From NCBI GenBank assembly GCA_963804955.1, contig CAWDSQ010000007.1, positions 384,001 through 448,000 on the forward strand: a DNA stretch of 64,000 nt, given 5' to 3'. Shown one piece after another: positions 43,339-54,913 of this stretch. How positions within the stretch are numbered: position 1 is the stretch's first letter; each line of letters begins with the position of its first letter. The translations under genes and the position numbers were made by a program. This DNA is from an uncultured delta proteobacterium (GTDB taxonomy: Bacteria > Desulfobacterota > WTBG01 > CAIYCZ01 > CAIRTM01). The notes under the pieces are model-generated. The model was not told the DNA's origin. It was given only the letters and a program-made list of their open reading frames with translations, and did no database searches.

Positions 43339-45099
43339 ATGAAAAAAGATATTCTGCTCAAAGGTATCGGCGCTTCCCCCGGCATAGTAATCGGCAAGGC
43401 GCTGATTGTGGAACATGGCAAACCCGATTTCACCCATTACCGCCTTGCAAATGACAAAGAAATCCGGGAAGAAATAGCCTCCCTGCACAAGGCCCTGGAA
43501 GATTCAAAAGCACAGCTGATCAAAACAAAAAAAGAGATCGGCAAGAAAAAAATCAAAGAGGCCCAGTACATTATTGACACGCATATACTTATCCTGCAGG
43601 ACAAAATTCTCTACAATGATGTGATCAAGCGCATACGGAGCGAAAAAGTTGATGCTGCCTGGGCGCTGAAAGCCACCATGGAGGAGCTGAAAAAAAGCGT
43701 TTTGAGCCTGGACGATGACTACATGCGCGAGCGCACCTCTGACCTTGAATATATCGAACGGCGCATTCTGCAGAACCTGGCGGGCAAAAAGGTTGATGTT
43801 GTGCCAAAGGTCTCGGACAAAAGCATCATCATCGCAAACGATCTGTCGCCTGCCGATACCGCCATTTTGAACGTAGCCGAAGTGCTCGGTTTCGTCATCG
43901 AATGCGGCGGAAAAACATCCCATACGGCCATTATGGCCCGGGCGCTCAGAATCCCGTCTGTTGTGGGCCTTAAGGACGCTCTGGCAAAAATTAAAAACGG
44001 CGATATGGTGATTGTCGACGGCACGCATGGCGTCATCATAGTCAATCCTGACGGCGAAACGCTGCTGAAATACAAGCAGAAAAAAGTGCAGCATGAGGAG
44101 TTTGAAAAGCGGCTCCTGCAGTACCGCGATCTTGCGGCGGAATCCGTCGATGGATTCAAAATCAGCCTGCTGGCAAACATAGAAATCGTCGAAGAGGTTG
44201 ACTCGGTCATGGACTATGGCGCCGACGGCATCGGGCTTTTCAGAACGGAGTTTCTCTACCTGAACAAAAAAGAGCTGCCGGCAGAGGAGGAGCTGTTTGA
44301 AATTTTTAAAAAAACAGTGCAGACCGTAGCGCCGCGGCCGGTTACCATACGCACCCTTGACATCGGCGGCGACAAATTCATGTCGCATGTTGATGTGGCA
44401 GAGGAGATGAACCCGGTCATGGGCCTGCGCGCCATACGGTTCTGCCTCAAGGAAATGACGATATTCAAGACGCAGCTGCGGGCCATTTTGCGTGCAAGCG
44501 CCTTCGGCAATGTGAGGATCATGTTTCCCATGATCTCCTGCGTCGACGAGGTGCTGCAGATCAAAAAAATCATGCGGGAAGTGAAAGCGCAGCTGAAAAA
44601 AGAAAAAAAGCCCTTCAATCCGGACATTCCCATCGGCATCATGGTCGAGGTGCCCTCATCGGCCACCATCGCCGACCTGCTTGCAAAAGAGGTGAGCTTT
44701 TTCAGCATCGGCACCAATGATCTTATCCAGTACCTGCTGGCCATAGACCGGGTCAATGAACAGGTGTCCTATCTGTATGAGCCTCTCCATCCGGCCGTGC
44801 TGCGCCTCTTGCGGCGCATCATCCAGGCGGCTCACGACAATGGCATACCGGTGGCCATGTGCGGCGAAATGGCGGGAGAATCCATGTATATTCCCATACT
44901 TCTGGGTCTGGGCATTGACGAGCTGAGCATGAACCCCATCGCCATCCTTGAGGCCAAAAAAGTGCTCAGGTCCATGCACTACCAGCGATGCCGGGAAGTG
45001 GTCGATCAGCTGTTTGCGTTCACGACAGCCGAAGACATAAAAAAATTCCTTAACCGGCAGACAAAAAAATATTTCCAAAAGAATGACCTTGACAATTAA
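43339..45099 (+). CDS. ptsI: PEP-protein phosphotransferase (PTS enzyme I)
   Basis: GGKTSHTAIMAR, GIGLFRTEF, FFSIGTNDLIQY and MCGEMAG. Confidence 0.97.
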   Translation: MKKDILLKGIGASPGIVIGKALIVEHGKPDFTHYRLANDKEIREEIASLHKALEDSKAQLIKTKKEIGKKKIKEAQYIIDTHILILQDKILYNDVIKRIRSEKVDAAWALKATMEELKKSVLSLDDDYMRERTSDLEYIERRILQNLAGKKVDVVPKVSDKSIIIANDLSPADTAILNVAEVLGFVIECGGKTSHTAIMARALRIPSVVGLKDALAKIKNGDMVIVDGTHGVIIVNPDGETLLKYKQKKVQHEEFEKRLLQYRDLAAESVDGFKISLLANIEIVEEVDSVMDYGADGIGLFRTEFLYLNKKELPAEEELFEIFKKTVQTVAPRPVTIRTLDIGGDKFMSHVDVAEEMNPVMGLRAIRFCLKEMTIFKTQLRAILRASAFGNVRIMFPMISCVDEVLQIKKIMREVKAQLKKEKKPFNPDIPIGIMVEVPSSATIADLLAKEVSFFSIGTNDLIQYLLAIDRVNEQVSYLYEPLHPAVLRLLRRIIQAAHDNGIPVAMCGEMAGESMYIPILLGLGIDELSMNPIAILEAKKVLRSMHYQRCREVVDQLFAFTTAEDIKKFLNRQTKKYFQKNDLDN

Positions 45100-45277
45100 C
45101 CCAAAATAGCCAATATTATTGGATTATGCTTGACGAATACAGTTCTCAGGCAGGCTGTTCCAGGCAAAACCCGGCAGCATACCAGGCAGGCACGGAGACG
45201 GGCATCCCACGTGCCGCTTTTTCTTGTCGTGGCCGGCCATCAAAGCTGTCTTATCTTTTGCCGAAATAGTGCTTCCT

Positions 45278-47092
45278 ATGCAGGAAACCACATCCCAGTT
45301 CATCCCTGACGAAAAGATACGCGAGATTAGGGAAACAAGCAGCATCGTGGATGTCATTTCAGACTATATCGGTCTGAAAAAGGTGGGCATTAATCACAAG
45401 GGGCTGTGCCCCTTTCACAGTGAAAAGACCCCTTCGTTTTATGTTAATGAAAGCAAGCGGTTTTTTCACTGTTTCGGTTGCGGCACCAGCGGCGATATCT
45501 TCGCCTTTCTCATGAAGCATGATAATTTGAGCTTCGCCGAAGCCGCCCGCCTTCTGGCCAAACGCTATGGGATACACCTGCCTGAAAAGCCGCTGAACAG
45601 CCTCGAACGTCAGCGCCTGAGCGAACGGGAGTCTTTCTTCAGCATCAATGAAGCCGTTGCGCAGCTGTATCACCGGCTGCTGCTCAATGACCCGCGCGCC
45701 GGCAGGGCTCGCGCCTATCTTGCGCAGCGCGGCTTAGAGGCAGCGGTTATAGAGGATTTCTGTATAGGCTTCGCGCCGGACAGCTGGGACACGGTTGTGC
45801 AGCACCTGAAAAGCACGTCCCATTCAGCGCCGCTGGCAGCCAAGCTTGGCCTGATTGTCAGCAAGAGCGGCGGGCAGTACTATGACCGGTTCCGCAACCG
45901 GATACTGTTCCCGATCTGGAACGCATCGCGCAATATTATCGGTTTTGGCGGGCGGATAATCGATCAGGGAGAACCAAAATACCTGAATTCTCCCGAATCT
46001 GTGGTATATAATAAGAGACAGAATCTCTATGGCCTGCAGAGCGCAGGGCAGCATATTCAAAAGGAAGGCGCCGCCATTATAGTCGAAGGGTATCTCGACG
46101 TTCTGACGCTGCATCAGGCCGGCATAAAAAATACGGTCGCCGCTCTGGGCACGGCCCTGACGGAATACCAGATACAGCTGCTCAAGCGCTACACCGGGGA
46201 CATTATAACCGTTTTTGACGCGGACCCGGCCGGCGAAAAGGCCATGGCGCGCAGCATGGAGCCGTTTCTCAACAACGGCATTTCACCCCGGGTTATTGTG
46301 CTGCCCAGGGGCGAAGACCCTGACAGCTTTGTGCGCACACAGGGCGGGGCGGCGTTTCGGGAGAAAATAGCCGGAGCGGGGTTCCTGCTGGATTTTGTCA
46401 TTGAACGGATCATTGCCCGGCATGATATCGCCTCACCGCGCGGCAAAGTTTCCGTTTGCGATGAAGCCGCCCTGCTGCTGAAGCAGCTTGCGGACCCGAT
46501 GGAGCGCGACCTGTATGAGCAGAAAATAGCGCGGCGCATCGGTGTAAGCCACAACCAGATACGCTCCCGCGGCGCCGGCGCCACGGCACACAAAGCAGCT
46601 GCTCAGGCAGCGCCGCAGCGCCAAGAAAGTGCTACAGGTTCGGCTGAAAATGCCGAGATATTAATACTAAAGATACTGATTGCGCACCCTGATTTTATCG
46701 GGCGCATCGAAGAAAATATTTTCGCTGACTTTACGCAGCCGGGTTTGAAACAGCTCGGGCTTTTTATACTATCGTCATTCCGGCAGGCAGGCGCGCTTGA
46801 CATTCCGCAGCTTGTCGAAAGCATCGAGGGCCAGCCGATGCAGCGGCTCCTTGCACAGGCGGCATTTTTTGAAAATCCGCCGGGCGACCCGGCCAAGGCC
46901 CTGGATGACTGCATGCGGACGGTTCGCCTGCAAAGGCTGGCCGGAGAAAAAAAGCGGGTCGGCATGCTGCTGAAGCAGGCTGAGGCGGCCCGCGACGAAG
47001 CTGCATCCGTTGACTACCAGCATCAATACGTACAGCTTGTTGAAGAACAGAAACAGATAACCAGGGGCGCCGTGCATTTTCTTCAGGGCTGA
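45278..47092 (+). CDS. dnaG: DNA primase
   Basis: CPFHSEKTPSF, CFGC, KYLNSPE, VEGYLD and FDADPAG. Confidence 0.98.
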   Translation: MQETTSQFIPDEKIREIRETSSIVDVISDYIGLKKVGINHKGLCPFHSEKTPSFYVNESKRFFHCFGCGTSGDIFAFLMKHDNLSFAEAARLLAKRYGIHLPEKPLNSLERQRLSERESFFSINEAVAQLYHRLLLNDPRAGRARAYLAQRGLEAAVIEDFCIGFAPDSWDTVVQHLKSTSHSAPLAAKLGLIVSKSGGQYYDRFRNRILFPIWNASRNIIGFGGRIIDQGEPKYLNSPESVVYNKRQNLYGLQSAGQHIQKEGAAIIVEGYLDVLTLHQAGIKNTVAALGTALTEYQIQLLKRYTGDIITVFDADPAGEKAMARSMEPFLNNGISPRVIVLPRGEDPDSFVRTQGGAAFREKIAGAGFLLDFVIERIIARHDIASPRGKVSVCDEAALLLKQLADPMERDLYEQKIARRIGVSHNQIRSRGAGATAHKAAAQAAPQRQESATGSAENAEILILKILIAHPDFIGRIEENIFADFTQPGLKQLGLFILSSFRQAGALDIPQLVESIEGQPMQRLLAQAAFFENPPGDPAKALDDCMRTVRLQRLAGEKKRVGMLLKQAEAARDEAASVDYQHQYVQLVEEQKQITRGAVHFLQG

Positions 47093-47107
47093 TAAGGAGA
47101 CGACTTA

Positions 47108-48859
47108 ATGGGAAGAAAACCAAAAATTGAGCAGGTCAAGCAGCTCATCGACATAGGCAAGGAAAAAGGCTTCCTGACCTATGATGAAGTCAATGACGTG
47201 CTGCCCCCCGAGATGGTGTCTCCCGACCAGATCGATGAGCTGATGCTCATGTTCGGTGAATTGGATATCGAAATCGTTGACTCGACCCAGAACGTGCGCC
47301 TGCAGCAGCGCAAGGTCGGGAAAATCGTTCAGGGGGAAGACGAGCCCGTCGAAGAAAAAGACCTGTACGGAAAAATCAACGACCCCGTGCGCATGTATCT
47401 CAAGGAAATGGGCTCGGTATCGCTTCTGTCGCGTGAAGAAGAAGTCGAAATCGCCAAGCGTATTGAAGACGGCGAAAACGAAGTGCTGAGCGTTGTTTTC
47501 AATTCGCCCATCATCATTCAAGGCGTTCTGGGCCTTGGCGATCTGCTGAAAAAAGGCACCCGCTCCATCTGTGACATCATCGCCGACCTTGACGATGAGG
47601 ACAATGAGATCGACGAGGAAAGCTACGGCTCCGTCTTCCTTGAGCAGGTCGAGCGCATCAGAAAAATCTACAATGAGAACCTGCGGCATGAAAACGCCCT
47701 TGCTACGAAAAAAGACCTGACGGAAACGCGGAAAAAAAATATCCGGCAAAAAATTGAGGGCAACAAGGAAGACATCTATGCTGTGCTGCAGGAAATGAAT
47801 CTCAAGAGAAAATATCTTGAGAAGACGGTCGCGCGGCTCCGGGAATTTCTCCAGCAGGTCGACAAGCTGGAGCGCCAGATCATACACTGCTGCAAAAAGG
47901 TCGGCCTTGACACCAAGGATATACGCCGCTTCATCCGCCTGGGCAAGGACAGCAAGGATGAGCAGCGCAAGATCAAGCGTAAGACGGGCGTCAGCGTAGC
48001 CGAACTGCAGGAGCTTGACAAGGAAATACGAGGCCTCTCCCGGCAGATACGCGAAATTGAAAAACAGGCGGACCTTTCCATCGACGGGCTCAAGGACGCC
48101 ATCGACCAGATCGACCGCGGCGAGCTCAAGGCAAAGACGGCAAAAGACGAGCTTGTGCGCTCGAACCTGCGGCTGGTGGTCAGCCTGGCAAAAAAGTATA
48201 CCAACCGGGGACTCCAGTTTCTGGACCTTATTCAGGAAGGCAATATCGGCCTGATTAAAGCCGTGGAAAAATTCGAATATCAGCGGGGCTATAAGTTCAG
48301 CACGTATGCCACCTGGTGGATACGGCAGGCCATAACCCGCGCCATTGCCGATCAGGCCCGGACGATCCGCATCCCGGTTCACATGATTGAGACCATCAAC
48401 AAGCTGATCAGGACATCGCGCTACCTCGTTCAGGAGAACGGCCGCGAGCCCCTGCCCGAAGAGATCGCCGAAAAAATGGAGCTGCCGCTTGAAAAAGTGC
48501 GCAAGGTTCTGAAAATCGCCAAGGAGCCCATTTCTCTTGAGACGCCCATCGGCGAAGAGGAAGACAGCCATCTCGGAGACTTCATCGAAGATAAAAAAAT
48601 ACTCAACCCACTGGACAGCGTAACCTACCAGAACCTCTCCGAGCAGACGCAGTCGGTGCTTTCGACACTGACGCCGCGCGAAGAGAAGGTGCTGCGGCTG
48701 CGGTTCGGCATTGGGGAAAAAGCCGACCATACTCTTGAGGAGGTCGGCAAGGATTTTGATGTGACCCGCGAGCGCATTCGCCAGATCGAAGCCAAGGCCC
48801 TGCGCAAACTGCGACATCCGATCCGGAACAAGAAGCTTAAAAGTTTTGTTGAATATTAA
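47108..48859 (+). CDS. rpoD: RNA polymerase primary sigma factor
   Basis: [29 protein letters not shown] and TRERIRQIE. Confidence 0.99.
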   Translation: MGRKPKIEQVKQLIDIGKEKGFLTYDEVNDVLPPEMVSPDQIDELMLMFGELDIEIVDSTQNVRLQQRKVGKIVQGEDEPVEEKDLYGKINDPVRMYLKEMGSVSLLSREEEVEIAKRIEDGENEVLSVVFNSPIIIQGVLGLGDLLKKGTRSICDIIADLDDEDNEIDEESYGSVFLEQVERIRKIYNENLRHENALATKKDLTETRKKNIRQKIEGNKEDIYAVLQEMNLKRKYLEKTVARLREFLQQVDKLERQIIHCCKKVGLDTKDIRRFIRLGKDSKDEQRKIKRKTGVSVAELQELDKEIRGLSRQIREIEKQADLSIDGLKDAIDQIDRGELKAKTAKDELVRSNLRLVVSLAKKYTNRGLQFLDLIQEGNIGLIKAVEKFEYQRGYKFSTYATWWIRQAITRAIADQARTIRIPVHMIETINKLIRTSRYLVQENGREPLPEEIAEKMELPLEKVRKVLKIAKEPISLETPIGEEEDSHLGDFIEDKKILNPLDSVTYQNLSEQTQSVLSTLTPREEKVLRLRFGIGEKADHTLEEVGKDFDVTRERIRQIEAKALRKLRHPIRNKKLKSFVEY

Positions 48860-48870
48860 TTGTGTGGTGC

Positions 48871-48946
48871 GGGCTCATAGCTCAGCTGGTAGAGCCTCCG
48901 GCTCATAACCGGGTGGTCCCAGGTTCGAATCCTGGTGAGCCCACCA
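48871..48946 (+). tRNA. tRNA with CAT anticodon, probably tRNA-Ile2 (lysidine); Met not excluded
   Basis: Cloverleaf with CT-CAT-AA loop, paired first base pair, CCA end; located after rpoD. Confidence 0.9.
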
Positions 48947-49021
48947 CTTTTTTCATTGCGCGACACATGCATAAAAAAAGACTTTTGACAATTATACCTG
49001 TGCAGTGCGCGTGCGCTTGAC

Positions 49022-49052
49022 AAAAATGCACCCCGGTAAGGGGTGCATTTTT
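49022..49052 (+). terminator. Rho-independent terminator
   Basis: AAAAATGCACCCC-ggtaa-GGGGTGCATTTTT. Confidence 0.75.
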
Positions 49053-49093
49053 TTATGCCCGACTATGAAAGCTATTCGTCAAAGGAGGCCTCA

Positions 49094-49831
49094 GTGAAAG
49101 AGCAGATCGCTATTCTGTACAAAATTCAGAAAATAGATGCCGTCATCAAAAGCTCGGAAGAGCTCAAAAAACGCTCCGCTGAAGAGATGCAGGCAGCTGA
49201 ATCATCCTACCGTAAAGCCGAGGCTCAGCATCAAACGGTTCAGGACCATGTTGCATCTTTTGAAAAGCAGCGCCGCGACCGGGAGCGGGACCTCGGTGAA
49301 GCCCAGGGCCAGAAAAAAAAGGTTGAAGAGCGGCTCATGTCGATCAAGACCAACAAGGAATATCAGGCCGCCCTGCACGAAATAGACACCATCAAGGCCC
49401 TTATCAAGGAAAAAGAGGATTTGATTCTTGAGAGCATGGACGGCATGGAGGCGGCAAAGGCCGAGCTGAAAAAATCCGAGGCCGAGCTGGCAAGGGCCAG
49501 GGGCGTCTTCGAGGAGAAAAAGCGGCAGATTGAAGTTGAGCTCAAAGCCTATCTGGACGATGTTGACCGGCAGCGCCGGGAGCGGGATGATCTCACCCGG
49601 CAGATGGCGCCCGACATCTTTACCGACTACCAGCGGCTTATGAAGTCTAAAAACGGCAGGGCCGTGGCGGTTGTGACATTCGAGCAGTGCATGGGCTGCA
49701 GCATGAAAATCCCGGCACAGATATACAATGAGGTCATGCTCGGGGAAACAATCAAGTTCTGCCCTCACTGCGCCCGCATCCTGCTCGTGGACCTCGGAGA
49801 AGGAGCTGCCGCGGACCAGTTCTCCTGCTGA
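49094..49831 (+). CDS. Coiled-coil protein with C4 zinc ribbon (DUF164/CT398-like)
   Basis: KTNKEYQA, CMGC and CPHCARIL; AGGAGG before GTG. Confidence 0.9.
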   Translation: MKEQIAILYKIQKIDAVIKSSEELKKRSAEEMQAAESSYRKAEAQHQTVQDHVASFEKQRRDRERDLGEAQGQKKKVEERLMSIKTNKEYQAALHEIDTIKALIKEKEDLILESMDGMEAAKAELKKSEAELARARGVFEEKKRQIEVELKAYLDDVDRQRRERDDLTRQMAPDIFTDYQRLMKSKNGRAVAVVTFEQCMGCSMKIPAQIYNEVMLGETIKFCPHCARILLVDLGEGAAADQFSC

Positions 49832-49905
49832 CAGGACCGCCGCGTATCCTGCTTGAACACCAGTATCTCTGCAGGCACAGAGCCGCCGCGGAGAGCATCA
49901 CTGTC

Positions 49906-52581
49906 ATGGAGCCAGCTATGTCTCTCACCCCCATGCTGCAGCAGTACCAGACCATCCGCAAGACCCTCGCGCGGGACACCATACTGTTCTTCCGCCTCGG
50001 TGATTTTTATGAAATGTTTTTCGAAGATGCAAAAACCGCATCGGCCATTCTCGATATAACGCTTACGGGGCGCGACGGCGGGCAGGACAGCCGCATCCCC
50101 ATGTGCGGCGTGCCCTACCATGCGGCCCAGGGGTACATTAACCGCCTCACCCGCGCGGGCCTGAAAGTAGCCGTCTGCGACCAGGTGGAAGACCCCAAGC
50201 TCGCCAAAGGAATCGTCAAACGTGAAATAGTTCGCATGGTAACCCCTGCCACCAACCTTGAGGACGACACCGCCGAGGCCGGGCAGTTCAACTATATAGC
50301 CGCGGTCTGCCAGAATAAAAAAAGCTTCGGCCTTTCCTATCTTGACCTCGGAACGGGCGAGTTTCGCGTGGGCGAGTTCGCAGGAGCCCATGAGCTGGAA
50401 GATGAGCTCCTTCGGCTCAGCCCGAAAGAATGCGTCATGCCTGCGAAATTCGACAAAGCCCTGCTGAGGCTTTTTCTCAAGTCGCACAATCCGGTGCTCA
50501 ACGAATACGAGGACTGGATATTTGACCTCGCGGAGGCGCAGAAGCGCATCCGTGACCAGTTCCGCGTTGCAGCCCTTGCAAGCTTCGGCATTGAAGGGCT
50601 TCCTGCCGGCATCGCAGCAGCCGGCGCCCTGCTCTATTATCTGAAGGATAATCTGCACAAGTCCCTGGAGCATCTGCGCATTCCCATTTCGCTGCAGCAG
50701 ACACGCTTCATGGTTCTTGACAAACAGACGGTGCGCAATCTTGAGCTTGTCAGCTCATCCTCGGGAGACCGGAACGCCACCCTGTACAGCATCCTTGACC
50801 GCACGATAACGCCCATGGGCGGCAGGCTTCTCACGCAGTGGATTTCACGTCCCCTGCTTGACCCGCACCGCATCAATGAGCGGCTCCAGGCGGTTGAGGA
50901 GCTGACCGCTGCAAAAGACGAACTTCACCGGTTGCGGCAGCACCTGCAGCCGGTGCGGGATCTTGAGCGGCTGCTGGCGAGGCTGAACTGCGGCACGCCC
51001 TCGGCCCGCGACATCACTGCTTTAGGCAGCTCTCTGAGGGCAGTGCCGCTGCTGAAAGAGAGCCTCGCGGCCCTGCATGCCGGTTTAGCCAAAGTCCAGC
51101 AGGAAAATCTCTGCGAGCTGACCGGCCTTGTCGAAACCATCGAGCGGGCCTTTGTCGACATGCCGCCCTTTGGCGTGCGCGATGGCGGCTTCGTGCGCGA
51201 CGGCTACAGCCCGGAGCTTGACCAGCTGCGCGGCATTTCCACACATGCAAAGGACTTTATCGCCGATCTGCAGCGCCGCGAGATCGAGGCAACCGGCATC
51301 AAGTCCCTCAAAATAAAATACAACAGGGTTTTCGGCTATTACATTGACATCACCAATGCCAATCTCTCCCAGGTGCCCATCACCTATGTGCGCAAGCAGA
51401 CGCTGGTGAATTCCGAACGCTTCATCATACCGGAGCTGAAGGAGTACGAGGAAAAAATACTGGGCGCCGAAGAAAAAGCCCATGAGCTTGAGTACGCATT
51501 ATTCGAAGAGGTGCGGCAGCTCGTGCTGGCCCATATCGCCGACATACAGCGCACGGCCTCTGCCGTGGCAGTGATCGATGTGCTTGCATCGCTGGCCGCG
51601 GCGGCGCTTACCAATCATTTCTCAAAGCCGGAGGTCTCCGGCAGCGATACGGTCTATATTGCCGGCGGCCGGCACCCCGTGGTCGAGCAGATGCTCGAGG
51701 GTGAAGCCTTTGTGGACAATGACGTGCTGCTCAATGGCGGCGACAGCCAGCTGCTCATCATCACCGGCCCCAACATGGCGGGAAAATCAACCTATATCCG
51801 CCAGGTGGGCATCATCGTGCTCATGGCGCAGATGGGCTCTTTTGTTCCTGCGCGCGTTGCGCGCATCGGCGTTGTGGACAGGGTTTTCTCCCGCATCGGC
51901 GCATCAGACAACCTTGCCCGCGGCGAGAGCACCTTCATGGTTGAGATGATCGAAACGGCAAACATTCTGCACAATGCCACATCCCGCAGCCTGCTCGTAT
52001 TCGACGAAATCGGCCGCGGGACCTCCACCTTCGACGGGCTGAGCATTGCCTGGTCGGTCTGCGAATATCTCACCCGGAAAAACTTCAGGCCGAAGTGCCT
52101 GTTTGCCACCCACTATCATGAGCTGACCGAGCTTGCCGATCACCGTGCCGGCATCCAAAACTTCAATGTGACGGTCAAGGAAATCAAGGACAGCATCCTG
52201 TTCCTGCGCAAAGTCGTGCCGGGAGGGGCCGACCGCAGCTACGGCATCCATGTCGGCAAACTTGCCGGGCTTCCGTCCGAGATTATCGAGCGCGCCGAAG
52301 AGGTTCTTTTATGCCTTGAGGAAGAAAAAATATCCGAGGACTCAATCACCCTGATTCTAAAAAAGAAAAAAGGCGGCGCCTCCCTCTATGACCTGCCCCT
52401 TTTCAAGCCCCTGAAAGCAGATGCCCCCAACCCCGCTTCGGCCGTGCAGACGGTCTATGAAAAGCACCCGCTGCTTGAGGAGCTGCGCAGCCTCGACACC
52501 AACAGCATCACCCCCCTTGACGCCCTCACACAACTTGCCCGGTGGAAAAAAAAGCTTGATGAGAGCCCGGATGCCAACTGA
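49906..52581 (+). CDS. mutS: DNA mismatch repair protein MutS
   Basis: GDFYEMF, TGPNMAGKST, DEIGRGTST and FATHYHEL. Confidence 0.99.
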   Translation: MEPAMSLTPMLQQYQTIRKTLARDTILFFRLGDFYEMFFEDAKTASAILDITLTGRDGGQDSRIPMCGVPYHAAQGYINRLTRAGLKVAVCDQVEDPKLAKGIVKREIVRMVTPATNLEDDTAEAGQFNYIAAVCQNKKSFGLSYLDLGTGEFRVGEFAGAHELEDELLRLSPKECVMPAKFDKALLRLFLKSHNPVLNEYEDWIFDLAEAQKRIRDQFRVAALASFGIEGLPAGIAAAGALLYYLKDNLHKSLEHLRIPISLQQTRFMVLDKQTVRNLELVSSSSGDRNATLYSILDRTITPMGGRLLTQWISRPLLDPHRINERLQAVEELTAAKDELHRLRQHLQPVRDLERLLARLNCGTPSARDITALGSSLRAVPLLKESLAALHAGLAKVQQENLCELTGLVETIERAFVDMPPFGVRDGGFVRDGYSPELDQLRGISTHAKDFIADLQRREIEATGIKSLKIKYNRVFGYYIDITNANLSQVPITYVRKQTLVNSERFIIPELKEYEEKILGAEEKAHELEYALFEEVRQLVLAHIADIQRTASAVAVIDVLASLAAAALTNHFSKPEVSGSDTVYIAGGRHPVVEQMLEGEAFVDNDVLLNGGDSQLLIITGPNMAGKSTYIRQVGIIVLMAQMGSFVPARVARIGVVDRVFSRIGASDNLARGESTFMVEMIETANILHNATSRSLLVFDEIGRGTSTFDGLSIAWSVCEYLTRKNFRPKCLFATHYHELTELADHRAGIQNFNVTVKEIKDSILFLRKVVPGGADRSYGIHVGKLAGLPSEIIERAEEVLLCLEEEKISEDSITLILKKKKGGASLYDLPLFKPLKADAPNPASAVQTVYEKHPLLEELRSLDTNSITPLDALTQLARWKKKLDESPDAN

Positions 52582-52966
52582 TCATCGCATTGTGCAAGAT
52601 CATGCCGGTCTTTTCAGGCGGCTGGCGCAGTCATCATTCAGATCAAAATTCAAACTCTCACAAGCCGATAGTGCCTACATTGCCGCCAAAGGCATCGAAA
52701 CCATCAAAAATCACGCTGCCGATTTCATCGCCAGCCGCATAGCCCCTGCCGGGCCGCGCAATGACGGGAAGCAGACCCCGATGCGCGGCCACCCCGTCTT
52801 CAAAGCCCAGCATGCCACCGCCACCTGCTGCCGTGGCTGCATTGCAAAATGGCATGGCATTACAGAGGGCCGGGAATTGTCAGCGGCAGAGCAGCTCTAT
52901 CTTGTTGCCATCATTATTGCGTGGATAGAGCTGCAGATATACAGCAGCTCTTCAGGCATGACATGA
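52571..52966 (+). CDS. DUF4186 family protein
   Basis: NDGKQTPMRGHPVFKAQHATATCCRGC. Confidence 0.9.
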   Translation: MPTDHRIVQDHAGLFRRLAQSSFRSKFKLSQADSAYIAAKGIETIKNHAADFIASRIAPAGPRNDGKQTPMRGHPVFKAQHATATCCRGCIAKWHGITEGRELSAAEQLYLVAIIIAWIELQIYSSSSGMT

Positions 52967-53040
52967 GGTCAGGGATCCTGCTGGGAACGTTTTCCTCAAT
53001 ACCGTAGCCTGCATAAAAAACCGTCTGCCGAAAACCCTCT

Positions 53041-53161
53041 CCGTTCGCCCTGCATCCTGAGCCTGTCAAAGTGCCCTGCATCCTGAGCCTGTCGAAGGAG
53101 CGAAGGGCGGCTTTCCGTTCATGGTTCGACACTTCGTCAAGCCGGGATTCACCACGAACGG
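53041..53161. repeat. REP-like palindromic element with internal tandem duplication
   Basis: CCGTTCG...CGAACGG ends; GCCCTGCATCCTGAGCCTGTC occurs twice. Confidence 0.65.
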
Positions 53162-53697
53162 GCTTGCCATGCAGAAAGAATGCGCCTGCAATTAATTGGA
53201 GCATTCTCTTATCAGTCAGGCGCACTCTATAATGAGGCACAGAGCATATAAAGCCCGCTCTCACGCCTCAGCTCGTCCCCGCGTCGCCTTATCCGCTTTT
53301 CACATCCGCCCGCGGAGCTTCATATGGTTATTGCAAAATATTCCTATTTGTAAAAAAGCCGTGAAATAATTTTTTTTCGTGCTACATGAAATGTATCAAC
53401 ACCAATTATCAGCGAAAAGGGAAAATACGTGCTGCTTATTCAGAAGCTTGAAAAACTGCCGGCTTGACTCTCCTGCAGTTCCCGAATAAGGACATTCAGC
53501 AACAGTACCGTAGCATCTCCTGTAACGCAGGCGCTTTTGCGCTTTCTTTTGGGGCAGTCTGCGGAAACAGCAAAGGACCGCAGATGTGCGAGGCTGTTTG
53601 CACACGTTCACTGCAACACCTGTACCTTTTGCAAACGCAAACAAGTCGAGCCGGGATAGCTGGTTAATCCGGTAAGGCATAAAGAGGACCTCCACCC

Positions 53698-54108
53698 ATG
53701 CAAACATACATGTGCAACAAACGGCAAACCAACAGGCATGCCATAGAAATCCCTGCCTTAGCAGACACGGTTTGGGAGGAAAGAGTACCCGTCCAGCTGA
53801 AAAATCTCAGCACGAGCGGTGCTTATTTTACGGCAAAAGCACCTTTTAAACGAGGTACGAAGGTGGCGGTGACCTGCATTATATGCTTTCTGCCCCTCAT
53901 GCCAGGCCTGTGTTTGCCGCGTTTGCAGGGCATGGTTGTCCGGGAAGACCGCGACGGTTTTGCTATTCTGCTGCAAAAAAACCATATTATTTCTTTTGCT
54001 GACTTCGGACATTTTGGCGCTCTTTTCCTAAAAAACCCGCTGCCGTGTCCGCTTTACACATCCGGTCCCTGGGGTCCTGATGTTTTTAAAAATAGTCCTA
54101 TGACGTAG
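53698..54108 (+). CDS. PilZ-domain protein
   Basis: RQTNR and NLSTSG motifs; VVR...GFA. Confidence 0.7.
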   Translation: MQTYMCNKRQTNRHAIEIPALADTVWEERVPVQLKNLSTSGAYFTAKAPFKRGTKVAVTCIICFLPLMPGLCLPRLQGMVVREDRDGFAILLQKNHIISFADFGHFGALFLKNPLPCPLYTSGPWGPDVFKNSPMT

Positions 54109-54303
54109 ACAAACCATGAAACACTTTTTTTCTGTGCTGCAGGTAGCCTATCAACGGCCAGTATAGGTCAGCAGCCACCCGCATAGCGGATGGCTTGCTT
54201 GCGTCCTGAAAGAGCTTAAGCATAAACACGCGGTGTTTGCGGTGCATTCTTCAGGAACCATAGGCGATGGTTTTGTGCAGACAATAAAAAGGATGGAAAC
54301 CGA

Positions 54304-54666
54304 ATGGCGGCCAGCACACTGCGCACGGGGGAACGTTTCAGCGTCAACTTCAATGCCACATATGGCATCAAGGGCCAGGGCCTGCAGCAGCAGAAATGCC
54401 GGATCGCCAACCTGAGCTCAAGCGGCGCGACAGTCTGCTGCCCGAACACTGAAAGCCTGAAAAACGGGGATGTTATTGTGATTGATATAACCATGCCGGA
54501 CACGATCTTGCGTATTTCTACTGAGGCCGAAATCATGTGGACCGGGCAGCGCTTCAATGAGTTACTCAGCGGCATCAAGTTTAAGTGTGCGCTCAATGAA
54601 ATCATACTCCAGCAGTTTGTCAGCAGGAGACCGCAGTTGTGCGATTATACTGAGCTGATTTGGTAA
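54304..54666 (+). CDS. PilZ-domain protein
   Basis: RTGER, NLSSSG and GIKF. Confidence 0.75.
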   Translation: MAASTLRTGERFSVNFNATYGIKGQGLQQQKCRIANLSSSGATVCCPNTESLKNGDVIVIDITMPDTILRISTEAEIMWTGQRFNELLSGIKFKCALNEIILQQFVSRRPQLCDYTELIW

Positions 54667-54913
54667 CCAGGCTTCCATGACGTCCTCCCCGAAAACGCAC
54701 CCCTTACAAAGCATGTGATTGTGGTAAAAAACTGCGGGACCATGATGGCCCCGCAGTTTTACGCCTGCCTGTCGCTGCCGCCGTGAAAGGAATACAACAG
54801 CCCCCTTTTCAACAAACCATATCATTCCGGTCGCAAACCGTACAATGCATCGCCGCTTTTTAAAGACTGAGGGACAAAGGGACAGGTTTTGAAAGGCCTT
54901 CTCTACCCGGTGG

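Noticed and set aside
47105..48817. 570-aa minus-strand ORF
   Set aside because: Antisense shadow of rpoD, explained by codon bias.
53340..53690. Possible c-di-GMP riboswitch upstream of the PilZ genes
   Set aside because: Could not match the GEMM consensus by eye.
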